Assembly: GCA_052426225.1 (NCBI GenBank)
Contig: JBNJNM010000023.1
Location: 124,001-188,000, forward strand
Direction of reading: 5' to 3'
DNA length: 64,000 nucleotides
Source of the DNA: Zancudomyces culisetae HAW-14-8
Lineage: Eukaryota; Fungi; Kickxellomycota
In this document: positions 1 through 13,076 of the stretch, piece after piece
Numbering within the stretch: the first letter of the stretch is position 1
Layout of the letters: each line of letters starts with the position of its first letter
Made by a program: the position numbers and the translations under genes
The notes under the pieces: generated by a model
The model's database searches: none
The model's input: the letters and a program-made list of their open reading frames with translations, nothing else
What the model was told of the DNA's origin: nothing

Positions 1-338
1 TCTCTCCAAAGCCTTCTTTTTATTTTTTAACTTTCTTTATTTTTCTCTTTTTATCTAATTTTTATTTCATTTTTTTTTACTTTTTCAATCTTTGATACCC
101 TCTCACTCTTCACTACCAACTCTCCATCACCATCACTGTACTTTTTTCTTTTGTTTTCCGACTCTCATCTACACTTTTTACTGCTATGTTGCTCTCCTTA
201 CATCCCTTTCTATCACTCTTTTTCTTTGTTCATCTCCCTTCCCTTTTCCTCAATTTAGCTCCCATTATTAATTTGTAAATATTTTGTACCATAAAAACAT
301 TCTCCTCAAAGATAAAAATAATAATAACTTTTACTCAC

Positions 339-832
339 CTGTCAAATCTACCCCCAGTTCCTCTTGAAGAGCAATCTCTAGCCCAATGCCCCTCACGCCC
401 GCACTTAAAGCATGTGTTGCTATCGGTGCTACGTCTGGCTCTTCCTTTGGCGTACTCTACTACTATTCTCCCCCCGCCTAATCTCATTCCATCTGCATCT
501 TTCAGCGCATCCTCGGCATCCCGGCGATCTTCGTACTCAATAAAGCCGTATCCTAATATTTTACATTGTTTATTTACCTTCGATTCCACATCTATATACG
601 TTTATTATTTATCCCTTACCTCTCTATTTAATACATTTATATATTTTTTTAGCTTTATTGTTATTTTTATTTTTGTACAAAATACCAATCTTCAAACAAA
701 AACGCAATTAACACGTACCTTGATGTCACATCTTGATAGCTTTCCGTATCTGCTAAAAAGATCCTCCAACTCACTGCTTCTAATATCTCTTGGTAATCTA
801 CCAACAAAAAGCTGTGATCCTCCTGAACTCAT
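339..832 (-). CDS. SR-family splicing factor (RRM + CCHC zinc knuckle, SRSF7/RSZ-like architecture); 3' part not resolved, probably continues toward or beyond the left edge
   Basis: Exons 832-719, 623-620 (4-nt microexon AGAG) and 552-339, then a GTGAGT donor. Spliced product MSSGGSQLFVGRL...SRCDIK-RG-YGFIEYEDRRDAEDA... has RNP2 (LFVGRL), RNP1 (RGYGFIEY) and the knuckle CFKCGREGHWARDC. Confidence 0.88.
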
Positions 833-2112
833 TTTTACTTTGCTTCGTCTTTGATGTTGTATTTCCAAAAGAAATATCCAGATTTGAAAATATACAATAC
901 AAAAATTTTCTTTGTTATTGTTGTACCTTTTCAATTTTTAGAAAAAAAAATTTTTTTTTTCCTCTCCAAACCACGAACTGAGTTTTCACCAAACTACAAA
1001 TCCAAGTAAATAAAAAAATTTTATTGCTTTTTATTTGCACTATTTATTTTTTTTAATACATGACCATATTAATAATTTTTATATTAGCTGTTATGTCTTC
1101 CAACAAACCTCTCCCCTTTCATCCTTCAACCACTCACTCGCCTCAGCAAATAAAAAAAAATGCTCAAATTTGGTTTAGTTTCCGAATTTTTTAGCGCATA
1201 AAATAATATAAAAATAAAAAATAATTTTATAGCTTTAGTTACATAATGTTATTACATTTTTAAATAATCGAAATACAAAGCAACCAATGGCTGTTATTTT
1301 GGGATTCTTATGCCCTGCAAAATTCTTCACTTTGGCATGGATTTTTTTTTATTATTTCGCGAATATCTGACTAGTTTACCGAAAAGTGATGACTTTTCAC
1401 ATTACTACGACATTAATCTGCTGTATTATTTTAACACTAAAGTTTGCGCTTCCTCCACCCTATTTCTTGTTTTGAGTCTAAACTTGAAATGCTACACCGA
1501 CATTCGATCCAAATACATAATATTTCCCAAACTAAAACTCTAAATACGCATATAAATAAAAGAGCTCAACAAATACCAAGCTCAAAGACTGTTTGCATCA
1601 TTGTACTTGTCCAACTGTTAGTTTAACTACAGATCTGCACAGTTCCAACATCTCTATCAAGCCTAATGATGTGTATTTTTTTATTGCCCGATTCCAATTG
1701 TTGATTCAAGTACACTTGATTCATCAACTTTTTTTGTAAATATTTGCTGTTATATACTTGTTTCTGTAAATATACATCAAAAGCTCATCTTTTTTTCAAG
1801 TATATAAAAAAAAAGTATCTAATGCGTATAACCATTTCCTCATTGTAAGGTTAGATACATATTTAGAAAACAGTGAAACGAAATAACACTAGCTATTGTA
1901 CAACAAGCATGGTTTTTTAGCTATCGACGCCAATCAGTTCACATTGTTGCCTCATGTATCATTACCACTGCTATCCAAGTCATGGTGATTTTTTTTGTAA
2001 TAGTTGAAGGAGTGTGGAACTGTTTCCCACATCGGTATCGTTATTTTTATTTTCGAAACGGCTTATGATAACACATTTCTCTATTTTAAACGCCATTATC
2101 TCATATTTTTGA

Positions 2113-2500
2113 CTACGGGAGTTTTATCCTAAAAATACCTACCTGTCCATTAATTATCCTCAAGGGTAAAATATGGGCTAACCCATTTACTATTACAGTC
2201 ATGCCATTACTTTGAGCTATATTTTTTTCTTTGTAGATCAAATAGGATTGCTTATCATTTACAGGTTCAAAGTTTTTAGAAATTCTTTTTTTACTGCTCA
2301 CATAACTAGACAATCATGAAATAGCGCTTCAAGCATCATTGAATGGTCATATTTTCAGTATCTTCGACTTAAAATTATATCTACAACTTTAACATGTAGT
2401 ATAAATTTAGTATTGCTGATACAGAATGATCAGCACATTTAATCGTTTGTATTTTTTTTTCTAATGGTGATTAATTAGAATAAAGATGGCAAGTAATAAT
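2113..2500 (-). mobile_element. Possible heavily decayed LTR-retrotransposon gag/protease relic
   Basis: Frameshifted fragments read ITCHLY (knuckle-like), LEALF..SSYVSSK (resembles retroviral-type aspartyl protease ALxD(T/S)GAS) and VIVNGLAHILPLRIINGQVGIF. Motifs are broken, so support is weak. Confidence 0.22.
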
Positions 2501-3479
2501 CGCTCGTTCTTTTTTATGCGTCAAAAAAATCCCCTGAGGGTAATCTCGTTTTTTAAATTAAGATTGTGTAGATGAATGAGCGATATTTTTGTTCTTAAAT
2601 GCCAATTTTTTTTGTCGAAATTATCAGGTTCAAGTAAAAAGGCACAGCTTTTGTCGGCCAACAAAATAACACAGGTATCTAACAGAAAGACTAGATTTAC
2701 TAACTATACCTTGCCACGTAAAGCAATTGTTTCAAAAAATGGCAGAACAGTTGTTATACAGGTTTAGGACCTGTAAAAGCTTTTTTTGATGCAACTACCC
2801 TCTATTAAAGCACTGCTGTACTTATTTCTTTTTCCAATGTTTATTCCTTTGTTTCCGAACTTGTTGAAACCTCAATTTACCTAGTACTATTATTAAAAAA
2901 AAAAGTAAGATAACCATACTCTATAAACTAAAAAACAGATATTCCATTACATCAATAATAATTATGTAAATATTGTATATTGTAGAACGTTGTAAATCAC
3001 CAGTAACATGGAGTAGGAATAAATCGAATTCACAACTAGAACATGACCTTACATGTGTATTAAAAGTATCGACTTTTTACATCTCATATTGTCTAGGCAT
3101 TCGATTGCCTACTTTTCTGATCATTTTTATTGTATATCAGATTTTTATTTACTTTGCGATAGTAGAAACAATAAATACTGAGGAAAAGCATTTTGAATCA
3201 TCACACATGATTTTTTACATACAATGACATATTTTTTACTGTTTTAGTACCATTTTACTCTTTTGGTCCACTACAGTTTCTAAATTGTTTTATAAGCTGT
3301 AGTAGTTTGTACTCAACACCAGCTATCTTACCTTCATTTTTAAAATACACAACAGTCAGAAACGACCATATAAAGTTGTTATTCTCCAATCGGCCCAATT
3401 TTAGTTAGTAGTTGTAGTACGACGACATTTTTAGAAATATCACTAACAGCAGTCTCCAGTGCATACACTAGCATTATAG

Positions 3480-3945
3480 GTGCTTATATATCTATATTTA
3501 AAAAACAAGACACTTTTTTTATCCTCAAAAGAAACGTGGATGTGAACTATGTGTATTTTATGTAGCTAAATTTCATCAATATTTTATCTATCAATTAAAT
3601 TTACTGGTAGCTTTATTATTAATAAGGTGAAAAGTTATTTTTATCAAACTTTAAAAATATGGTTTACTATCAATGTAATTAACACATCAATAATTAATCT
3701 TTTCTCTTTACTTTGTTATATTGAGGAGGCTGACATTTCATTTTACCAAGAAACGTTGAGAAATTCTTATATATTCGTCAATGTGATCCAAAAACTAACA
3801 TATTTAGGCTCATCTATAACCCAAAAGTGAAAAGTTAAGCTTTTTAGACCGTATTTCTGGCTCTGTATGCAATAACTATCGGGTAAAGAGCCAATAGATG
3901 CCTAAAAACCAGATTCACATCCCCATCCCTATCCCTATCCTTATT
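3480..3945 (+). mobile_element. Possible decayed 3' end of a non-LTR retrotransposon related to the 54.3-55.3 kb element
   Basis: 3870-3898 matches 55186-55214 ungapped at 21/29 nt and is followed by (ATCCCT)n. The left boundary is a guess. Confidence 0.3.
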
Positions 3946-4970
3946 CGCTTTTAATTTATTTTAATTTGGTTATCCACGCGCATTTTCTATCTCCCAATGC
4001 ACATCATGTCTCTGATTGCAAGTTTACACGTTGATTGTGTAAAGCATAATTATGAGCTACCAGAGGTGAACACATTCATTCTGTTCCTATTAGACCATTC
4101 AGCTCACTTTCTTAATCTACTGAGCATTCTAAATCATGTACAAAAAAGGTGCATACGTCAATCTTTTCAAAAAAAAAGATAAATAGTACATTCCATTCTT
4201 CTTGAGAGTTGAGCAAAAAAAATAGTATATAATAATTTGAACACAAATAAAACCAAATCATTGTATGGATGTAAATGCGTGCTTTTCATACTTTGAAGCC
4301 TAGCCTTGAGTAGCAAGTGAAAAAGGATAGAAAGTGTAGTGGTCAAACGAGATATAAAATATGATACTATTTGTTTGTTTTTTTTTGGTCGGGAGTACGC
4401 TTCTTTACCCACTTTCATTTGTTTGGGTTTTAGTCATGGCTGTAAGATAAAAAAAAATGGCGCAAAATAGATAGTAAAGTAATTATACAAGAAATATAAC
4501 ATCAACATAGGTATTATGTATCATCATCATTATCACAATTTAGAACTGGGGGTACCAACATGTACTAATTTTTTTTATCCCACTTTCTTTAATGTGGAAC
4601 AAAAAAAAACAAAAAGCAACCAAATAAAATACGAGATTTGAGGCGGAGGTAAAAGGTTGTATGAATGATATAGGAAAAAGATCCAGAGACAACCTCACAA
4701 ATAAAAAGAGCATTTTGGAAATCAAAGCCTTTTGCACTTTGCATTTTGCTTTCTTGTACTTTATTTTTTCATTTTCCAAATATGTGGCACAAACAATGCG
4801 GTGTGGATTTACACATTATTTTCCTTGTTGTTCACATATCAAGCTCCAAGTATGATATACGAGATACGTGGAAAAACAGTATATAGGAACTGTTACTCAT
4901 TGCCCAAAAAGCGGAATTTTGCCACTATTGATATATGCAATATGACAAAATGACCCAAAATAATGAATAG

Positions 4971-4984
4971 CCCCCCCCCCCCCC
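4971..4984. repeat. poly-C tract (14 nt)
   Basis: Direct reading. Confidence 0.9.
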
Positions 4985-5399
4985 ACATCTTGTTGCACTT
5001 TGATCTTTTTAGTACTCTTTTTCTTTTTAGTGTGAATCATTACTTTTTTTTGTTGGAAAATACTTTTATAAGCTCATGATGTTTTATTCGGTGGTAAATT
5101 TGCGAACAAAATGTACATCAAATGAAAAAAAAATAATTAAAAAAGCTTGTATCCAGAAAGAGGGGGAAGGTCAGAATGATTATTGGGAGGGGAGGATGTG
5201 TAACGATGTACATATCTAAGCGTAGAAAAAAAATTCAAGGTAGTGATAAACTATGTATTTTTTCGGTAATATATTCAGCCTTTTGCCATTTCTCGTTGTA
5301 TTTTTTTTATTTTAGCTTTTGCATATTGTGCTGAGAAAATCAGTAAATTTCAATTGGAGATGTATTTAATGTGATTACGAAGAAAAATAAGTAAGCTTC

Positions 5400-6480
5400 T
5401 TACAAATTTCCTATTGTTCTTAAAAATTAGCATAAAAAAATGAGGAGTATTAATAATAATAATATATCACTAGAGAGAAACCTGCAAAAAATGAGGAATA
5501 GGATTACAAAATAATGGGCAACTTAATTTCCTGAGATTCTACAGAAATGATATCCGACCTGTGTAAATTACAAAATAATTACCAGAGAAATGGCAGAGGT
5601 AAAAAAAATGGAAAAGGGTAAAGTTTGTCTGGAATAAAGAAAGGTGGCTAAAAAAAATAAAAACTTAGAAATCACATATTGTTTACTGTCCTATTTTCCT
5701 GAGGGAGGAGGCGGGCAAAACAATTGGGACAAGTTGTCAAGGGATATTTGCGTTAGATTATAGGATATACATTTATTATCTGAAAAAAAAGGTGTGAATT
5801 ACGAGCAATAACGAAAACTCCAAGTAAAGATTGGTAAATAATTAGCGACAGTCATCAATTACAGAAAAAAAAATCAAAAGGGGTAGAGATGATATTATAA
5901 TATAATGGTAAATTGGGTCGTTTACTATTCGATTATTAGAAACAATTGCAGTTGAAATGAGTAAAAATAACAAGTAGCTCTCAAAATATCAAAGAATATG
6001 TAATAATACAATTAAATAATTGATAGCTTAGAGAGTGACATTCATAGACTCTTTACAAGAGCTTCATAAAAGAAAAATTAAAGGGAAATAAATCATGGTT
6101 CTTTAAGTATAACATGGATTTGTAAAACGGAAAATTAACAAAAAAAAAAATTAAATAAAAAACAATTACACAATACATACAAATTGTTAGAGAACAATGC
6201 CTGCTAATTAGAAGAAAATACCAGTGCTTACTTTATTCATTCATTTCATTACTCACATGTATATCCTTACTAACAAAAAGTCAAGGTATATATAAATGCA
6301 ATGGGCAAATACTTGAAATTTTATCAAGTATTTATAAATCGGTGTTTTTTCTTTTGAAATATCCGACATATACTAGAATATTTAAGAAAATAGAGCTCAC
6401 ATAAAAAAAAGAGTAGTTGTTGTGAACCTTATAGTCAGAGTAGCATTACGCTTGATATTTTATCGATTGTAATATTTTGA
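5400..6480 (+). mobile_element. Heavily decayed non-LTR (LINE-like) ORF2 C-terminal half
   Basis: Broken frames give KKMRSINNNNISLER, KFVWNKERW..IVYCP..EGGGG (compare LINE FxW...LPKxxGGLG) and, about 750 nt later, CCE...FIDC (CCHC finger remnant), in the expected order. Many stops. Confidence 0.4.
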
Positions 6481-7070
6481 TACACCTTTATAGCTTAAAT
6501 ACTATTTTACTTTCGGTGATAACGGAAATAGGCTACTAAAATCCAGAAAAAGTAATATCAAAACGGTGTATAACCACAGATACTTTCAACCTTCTTTTAG
6601 TAAAAAAAACAAATACAGCAGAGCAGATACAGTACAACACAAATTATTAGCATTAGACAGCAGTGTAAAAAGATAATATCAAAAAGAAGAAGAAAAAGAA
6701 AAAGAAAAAAGAAAAAGTTGATGTAAATAGAACAACTAAACTACACATAGACTTTTAGATACGCAATAAAAAAGGAACCTGGAGAGTTATAACAGTATAA
6801 TTCAAAAGGATAGATATTAAAATAATACTCGTGTTAGTTAAAAACTTTAATGAACTTAAAAGAAGTGGTTTAATTGTAAAAGAGAGGGAGTAAACCAAAA
6901 AGCTGGCATTGTAAATCAACACTAGGTTTGTATCAAAAGGGCACAGAGCACATAGATAGAAAAACATAATTACATAGGATAGAACCAATACAGGAACTGG
7001 TTGAGATATTGGGAAAGATATTAAAAGAGTGTATATAGAACTAGTAAATCATAAAGGAAAATAGAGGCAA

Positions 7071-8981
7071 ATGTCGAGGGATTTGAGTAACGAAAACAAC
7101 ATACCCAGGATATTTAAAGACGTAGAATACATGCAAAAGAAGAGACGAATATCGGTTGTGTCGGTTGAAGAGGCGCAGCTAGGGAGAGATCAAGGTGGGT
7201 TGATAGGACAGCCAAATGCGATAGAATACATAAAGAGTGAAGGTGGTATAGCTGGGATGAAGATAGAAGGTATGGGTAGGGATATGAAGGAGGGGAGTGG
7301 TAAGTGTCAGTTTAGAGTGATTGAACTGGGAGTAATGTACGGGATGGATGAAAGTAGAGCAGATGATGTGCTATCGATGGTTAAGAGCAAGAAAAACAAG
7401 ACAGATGGTAATGTGGCCTATAAGGAGCGATCAGGGAGGACAGGGTGCATAGTGAAGAGCAAAGAGAAAATAAAGGGAAAGGGAGGAAAAGGTAGGTTGG
7501 GTAGTTCAAGAAAAGGGATATATATTCCTCATGGAAATTTTAGCGAGAAGCGGGAACAGAGTTGTCCTATAAAAAGAAACAAGAGCAAGATCGAATTGAG
7601 CCAAAAGGAGCATGCACAGAATTTGCCACCAATAAACCAATACACATTGAGCGAGCTGAGTACAAAGAGGATTTTTCACAACTCCAAGCTAAGACACGAG
7701 ATACTATTTGAGCCAAAGCTAGAGTTCCGACCAAACTATCAAGGGGATCTAGGTACGCTAAAGAGGGAGCAGAGCAACAAGTACTGGAGTGATATAGAAA
7801 GAGCATTGCATGTTGTATATGGTAGAGATTGTAAAGTATATGAAAGCGAAGACGAGGAAATGGAGAAGGCAGCCATAAAAATAGCAGTGTTATTGCTGGA
7901 ATTGAAGGCAATTATTATTGGGATAGTTAGTGATAAAAGCAGTACACTAGAAAGCAAAGAGTTGGAAGAAGTCATTGACAAGGATATTTTGATACAGCAG
8001 TTGCAAAACAGAACATTTGACATTGGTGGATTTATCAGCACAGTTTCGCAAATAATTGAAGACATCAGTACTCCAGGAGCAGCGGCAATGGTCGAATCAA
8101 TAGCTACGAGTATGCAGGAAAACAAGGTTTGTGTCGCATTGCAAACGCTACTTTTAAGTTTGGAACACATTAAAATCGACATTGCAAATAGCTGGATTGA
8201 AATGTATCGACCATATATGAAGGCTACTGCTGTGACATATGGTATAAAACATTTTGAAAACAGCTGTATATCAAACACTTCCAGTCTTGCGATATCCAAA
8301 AACTGGTGGCTGGATGCTTACAATACACACAAATCCTCCACTGCCGACCTTTACGCCGTTTTTCTGCTAGCTTACAAAGAACTTCTCCGAAACTCTGCCC
8401 CAATTCCTTTGATTTTCCATTTTGACACCCAGCGAATCGCCTCATTTCGCTACGACCTCCTCCGCATCCAATTCTGTAGCGCTTTTTCTCTCTCCTTTAA
8501 CCACTTCCTTTCCAAGAAAAACCTAAAAACCTCTATATCTCCGCTACATCAAAAGCATCTTATCGCTGCTGTTGAACAAACCTTAGATTCTTTCCTCTCC
8601 ACTCCGCTGCCCACCTCTTTTCCTCAAACCCGCGACATTGTAGACAAAGCTCACTTCGACGTGCTTTTTTCCCAGCTAGAATCCTCTTTTTTCTACAACA
8701 ACAAACCTATTTTCGATCTAGCCTCCCTTGTCTTGCTCAAAGACTACCTCTTTAAAAACACTCGCGCTTCGTCTGCTGTCAGAGCAATAATCGATTCACG
8801 CATCGATTCGTCTCTTTCTCACTTTTTCAACGATTCCACTTCAAAAGCCTTCGACTTGTTCACTCCTCTTCACATCAGTTGTTTTAATTCTCAAATCTAC
8901 AATCTCTACTCCAAACTTTTCTTTGTTGCTAAACACCACTGGGATGTCCACAAAAAATTCTATGCCTGTAATATAAAATAA
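7071..8981 (+). CDS. TCP11/Sok1-family protein, 636 aa, intronless
   Basis: LSELSTKRIFHNSKLRHEILFEPKLEFRPN..G....YW, LLIQQL-type segment ILIQQLQN, KIDIAN..I...RP and a C-terminal HHWDVH match the TCP11/SOK1 pattern. Confidence 0.85.
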   Translation: MSRDLSNENNIPRIFKDVEYMQKKRRISVVSVEEAQLGRDQGGLIGQPNAIEYIKSEGGIAGMKIEGMGRDMKEGSGKCQFRVIELGVMYGMDESRADDVLSMVKSKKNKTDGNVAYKERSGRTGCIVKSKEKIKGKGGKGRLGSSRKGIYIPHGNFSEKREQSCPIKRNKSKIELSQKEHAQNLPPINQYTLSELSTKRIFHNSKLRHEILFEPKLEFRPNYQGDLGTLKREQSNKYWSDIERALHVVYGRDCKVYESEDEEMEKAAIKIAVLLLELKAIIIGIVSDKSSTLESKELEEVIDKDILIQQLQNRTFDIGGFISTVSQIIEDISTPGAAAMVESIATSMQENKVCVALQTLLLSLEHIKIDIANSWIEMYRPYMKATAVTYGIKHFENSCISNTSSLAISKNWWLDAYNTHKSSTADLYAVFLLAYKELLRNSAPIPLIFHFDTQRIASFRYDLLRIQFCSAFSLSFNHFLSKKNLKTSISPLHQKHLIAAVEQTLDSFLSTPLPTSFPQTRDIVDKAHFDVLFSQLESSFFYNNKPIFDLASLVLLKDYLFKNTRASSAVRAIIDSRIDSSLSHFFNDSTSKAFDLFTPLHISCFNSQIYNLYSKLFFVAKHHWDVHKKFYACNIK

Positions 8982-9504
8982 TTCCCCTTTTCATTTCCCC
9001 TTTTCACGTTTTAAATTCTATGTTCATTTGTTGTAAATAATTCCTTTTTTAATAAACCCCTTTTTTCCCTTCCACAATAAACCAAACTGTAACTTTAATA
9101 TCTCTCTCTGTCTTGCTCTTAATTATCAGTTTCTCACTAGCTTTCACCACCTCTGACCCCGATTCCGACTCACGAGCTCACGAGCTCACCTCTCATCCCC
9201 CATTAGCTCGAAAAACGTTGAGTACTCCCTCCTTCCTCAAACATACGAGGCTAGAAGACCCAATCCCAATCCCAATCCCGATACCATTTTTTTTATTACT
9301 ATTAAGGAATATATGCTCTCAAAATAATGCTACATCATTCAAAAGAGGGCTTAAATCAATTTGATTTTATATAAACATTATAACAGCTAATAACTTTTAC
9401 AATGTATCTTTTGTTTTTTTAGGTTTTTTCTTTATTCCCTAAGGCTAGTAAATGGTAAATAAAAAAGGTAAATAAAAACATGGTCTCCATCTCTTTACAG
9501 TATT

Positions 9505-10257
9505 TCAATTCTTATTTTTTCCGACTATAGTTGCTACTATTACAGCTATCAAAATTAATAGTATCACTCCAATAATAATCTTCAGCTTCATGTCTCTCCA
9601 CCACATCTTCTTGCGGACTGCTGTTGCTCCTCTGCGGAATTGGCGAGCACCCTCATTTAGCTCCTCTATTTTCATATAATTCTCACTTGAGTTTGCAATA
9701 ACATAGTAAAGATGATTGTAGAATCTGAAAAAAGAATAAAAAGAATAGGTTTAGAAACGCCATGCATTTCAAAATAAAGTATGAATAAACAGCCATACTT
9801 AATCTACTCAATATTCCTGTCTGTATAAATATTTTACTCAAGTAAAATAAAGAAAATAAATACCTGTTTTAGTCTGTAATGTATCCAATCTCTCTTCACG
9901 CTCCATCACTTTGTTAATATTCTCTTGCATGATTCCAACTACTTCATCAACCTGTTGTTGTACAGCCTTGGCCTTGTTAGGCCCACCCCTCTCTGCATTG
10001 TATTCCGACCTATTTATTTATGCATTTCATACATTTATACTTAGAGCTCCATCACCTGTCAAGTTAGTTGCCTTTATAAAAACCTTAAAGTATTGCAAGG
10101 AGCACCCGTGAACTGTTTCTCCTCACCTCTCACAATTATTCTGTAAATATTAATACAAGGTAGAAATAAATAAAATATACCAAACCACTGTTTCCTTATC
10201 TCGCGTCTCTAGCTGCCTTTACAAGGAAACAGCGTAATGATTTCATTTTTCTTACAT
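9505..10257 (-). CDS. SNC1: Synaptobrevin/VAMP R-SNARE, 102 aa
   Basis: Exons 10257-10256 (AT), 10009-9864 and 9665-9505. [60 protein letters not shown] followed by a C-terminal TM helix. Not in the ORF track. Confidence 0.95.
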
Positions 10258-13076
10258 TCTATCGTTTTTTATCGCAAATTTCCTGAATTATATCGATCCC
10301 AGCGTTTGTGGGTATAGCTCTGTACTATCTGATGTTCTTTTCTTTTTATTTAAAGAAACTCTCTTAATACTAGGAATGTATTTTATATTCTTAAAACAAT
10401 ACAAAGTGTACAATAAATATAGTTATGTAATGTTTTAAAACTGGTTAATTATACTTTTTTAATTGAGCAATTTTGGAATTGTGAATTTTTTTTTCTTAGC
10501 AAAACAAACGCTAATATCGGCCAAAGTAGTATTATTTAATAAATATTACCATACAAAAAAAAATTGGGCTACTACTTTTTGCTCCGTTTTTAACTTTTCA
10601 TCTACTGTTCACTTATTTACCCAACTTTGTTATTCATAAACCCCATTCATAGCTCTTTCCAAAAACATCAATCGTTTTAAAGCTATTGCTGAATTGTAAG
10701 AAAATATGGTTGTTTTAAAATACTAGGCAGCATGACCCAATAAACACTTAGTGTAAAATTTCCCACCCAATTAAACAGAATCATTGTTCTAAACATATCC
10801 ATACAAAATTCAACTTGGTGTGCAGATTTATTGATTTTTATTTTTATACTCCAACACACTAGCAGGATATTTGTATCAGCAAAAAAAAAAATCCATTTTC
10901 ACTTTCTCAGAAACAATAAAAAAAAAACAATTGGGCGTTATTGTATTATTGGATAAAATAAATATCCATCCAACTGATATAGAAATTCAGGATATAAATA
11001 ACAAAGTTTGTACGGGGGGTTGATTAGTGGCAAGACTCCCTGAACTCAAAAATTAAAATTTTTTATTTTGCGTTTGTATCCAAAAAACTGTTCCCATATA
11101 ATAAATAAGTGGTTCTTCATACAATGAAGGAACATAAAATCAAAAAATATTAGAGCTTGCCTATCATAGCAACAAACCACTGCAACAAAAAGAAAAAAAC
11201 AGGTCGTTCAGCTGAAGATAATATTCAGAAAAACTAAGAAAAAAGCCAAGTTATTTTAACAGGGAAATCAGTTGGTCCACATTCTTCCCACCCAATGCCT
11301 TCATTTCGCCCACCTAGCACGGTTCTGTTTTGCTATTTTAATTGGCTAGCAATCAAAAATCACCACTGACTGCTTGATCATAGGACCGAAATGAAAATAA
11401 GCATGTATGATTTGTAATACCCTCCCCATTATTACTACATATTTTCCTCAACTATGTAAATACCGTTTTTTTTTTCGTTGTGTATGTGTATATTCTTTAT
11501 TTTTCGCCAAGGGAAATAGTTATTAAAGCTAATATTTTTGGAGCTGGAGTTACTGAATGAATACACCTGACATTAGCATTTTGGGGAAAGGGCAGTATCA
11601 AATATCAAATATCAAAAAGCTGTCTTCTTTGACCACCTTTATCATTTTGAAATGAATTTATGAGTATATCAGTGCGGGTATGCAATCGAGGTTGATAAAT
11701 AAGCAAATCATTGTATGATTCATGTTCGCCACAATACACAATGCTGTACTTGTTTTAATAACTTTGTTCAACATGCATTTATTTTACTATATATAATGCT
11801 GCATTATGATACAAAAGAACTTGAAAGTCTCAATATTTTTTTCAGATGTGTATTTGAAGATAAAAGAAAACCATGCCAAATCACGGGTATTTGGGGAAGG
11901 TGAGGAGCGAAAGACAGAATGAGATGTAGTACAACTAAACAAAACACAGGCTAAACAAACATTACAAACGTCTCAATACTTGTAATACGCTCCTATTTAC
12001 CGGCACTAGCAAAAAATAGCAGTCCTATGACCCACACCTGCATGAATGTATGTGCATGGACCCATATTGCCGTGCTTTAATCATATGTTTTTGCCGAGTA
12101 CAGGAGAGGGAGTGGTAAAGATAAACAAAAGATTGTTCATTATAATTAAAATTGGTATAGTTGATTTCAATATACCTGAATATTTCCCCCATTTTCAACT
12201 TGCTATTTTTTTTCTTTTGCTTAAACCCACAAAAAGCTGGTAGTATTTAGAACCCCTCTTCACCACCCCAAGATCTTAAATGTTTATTAGTATAAATCCA
12301 ATCATCATGTTAATTGGGAAACTGGTCACAGTACTTTGTTTCTTTTTCCGCTCTATAATCACATCACCAATATTCTTTCACTTATTCTATATCAATTCAA
12401 AACAATACATATATGATGAGTTTGAAATCCCCAATAGTGGTTGATATAAATATTTTTTATTTAAAGAGCTAGAAATAAGCTAAAAAAACTAACTTGTTGG
12501 CAAACACAATACCAAGTTCATACAATGCAATTTAAATCCACTGAATGAGGAACAACATGGATGAGAAGAAAAAGGGAGAAAGAATAAAAAAAGAGGATAT
12601 AATCTGTCCCATATACATTTGCTTTGTATCGCCTTTTGGTTGTGGGTTTTCTAATCTTTTGGGAAAGCATGGACCAGAAATTATATCAGCTTTAAAGTCC
12701 TACTAGAAATAAAATAGTGTAGACTGGCTGTATATCTCTTATTCAGTTCCTGTAGTTTTATACGCGAATCGAGGGAGTGAAAATCGACTTTTGATTTTTA
12801 CCAATGTATGGGGGAGGGATCGCTTTGCTTGCAAATAGGATACAAAACCCAATATCATCAGAAAAACAGACCCAATTATGCAACCAATATTGTTTGATTT
12901 ACTCTTTTTTCCCCTTACATAATGGTTAAAATCAAAAATTTTCATAGAAATTTAGACAATTTTTAGAAATCTCGCGCTGTTTATGAATTGTCCACAAAGC
13001 AATAATACAATTAATACCTCATTACAAATTTTGGATCAACGCTGTACAAACACTTATTAGAGAAAACAAAGGTAGT

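Noticed and set aside
578-591. Second AG/GT-flanked 14-nt segment in SR gene intron 2
   Set aside because: The flanking introns would be only 28 and 25 nt, shorter than any supported intron here.
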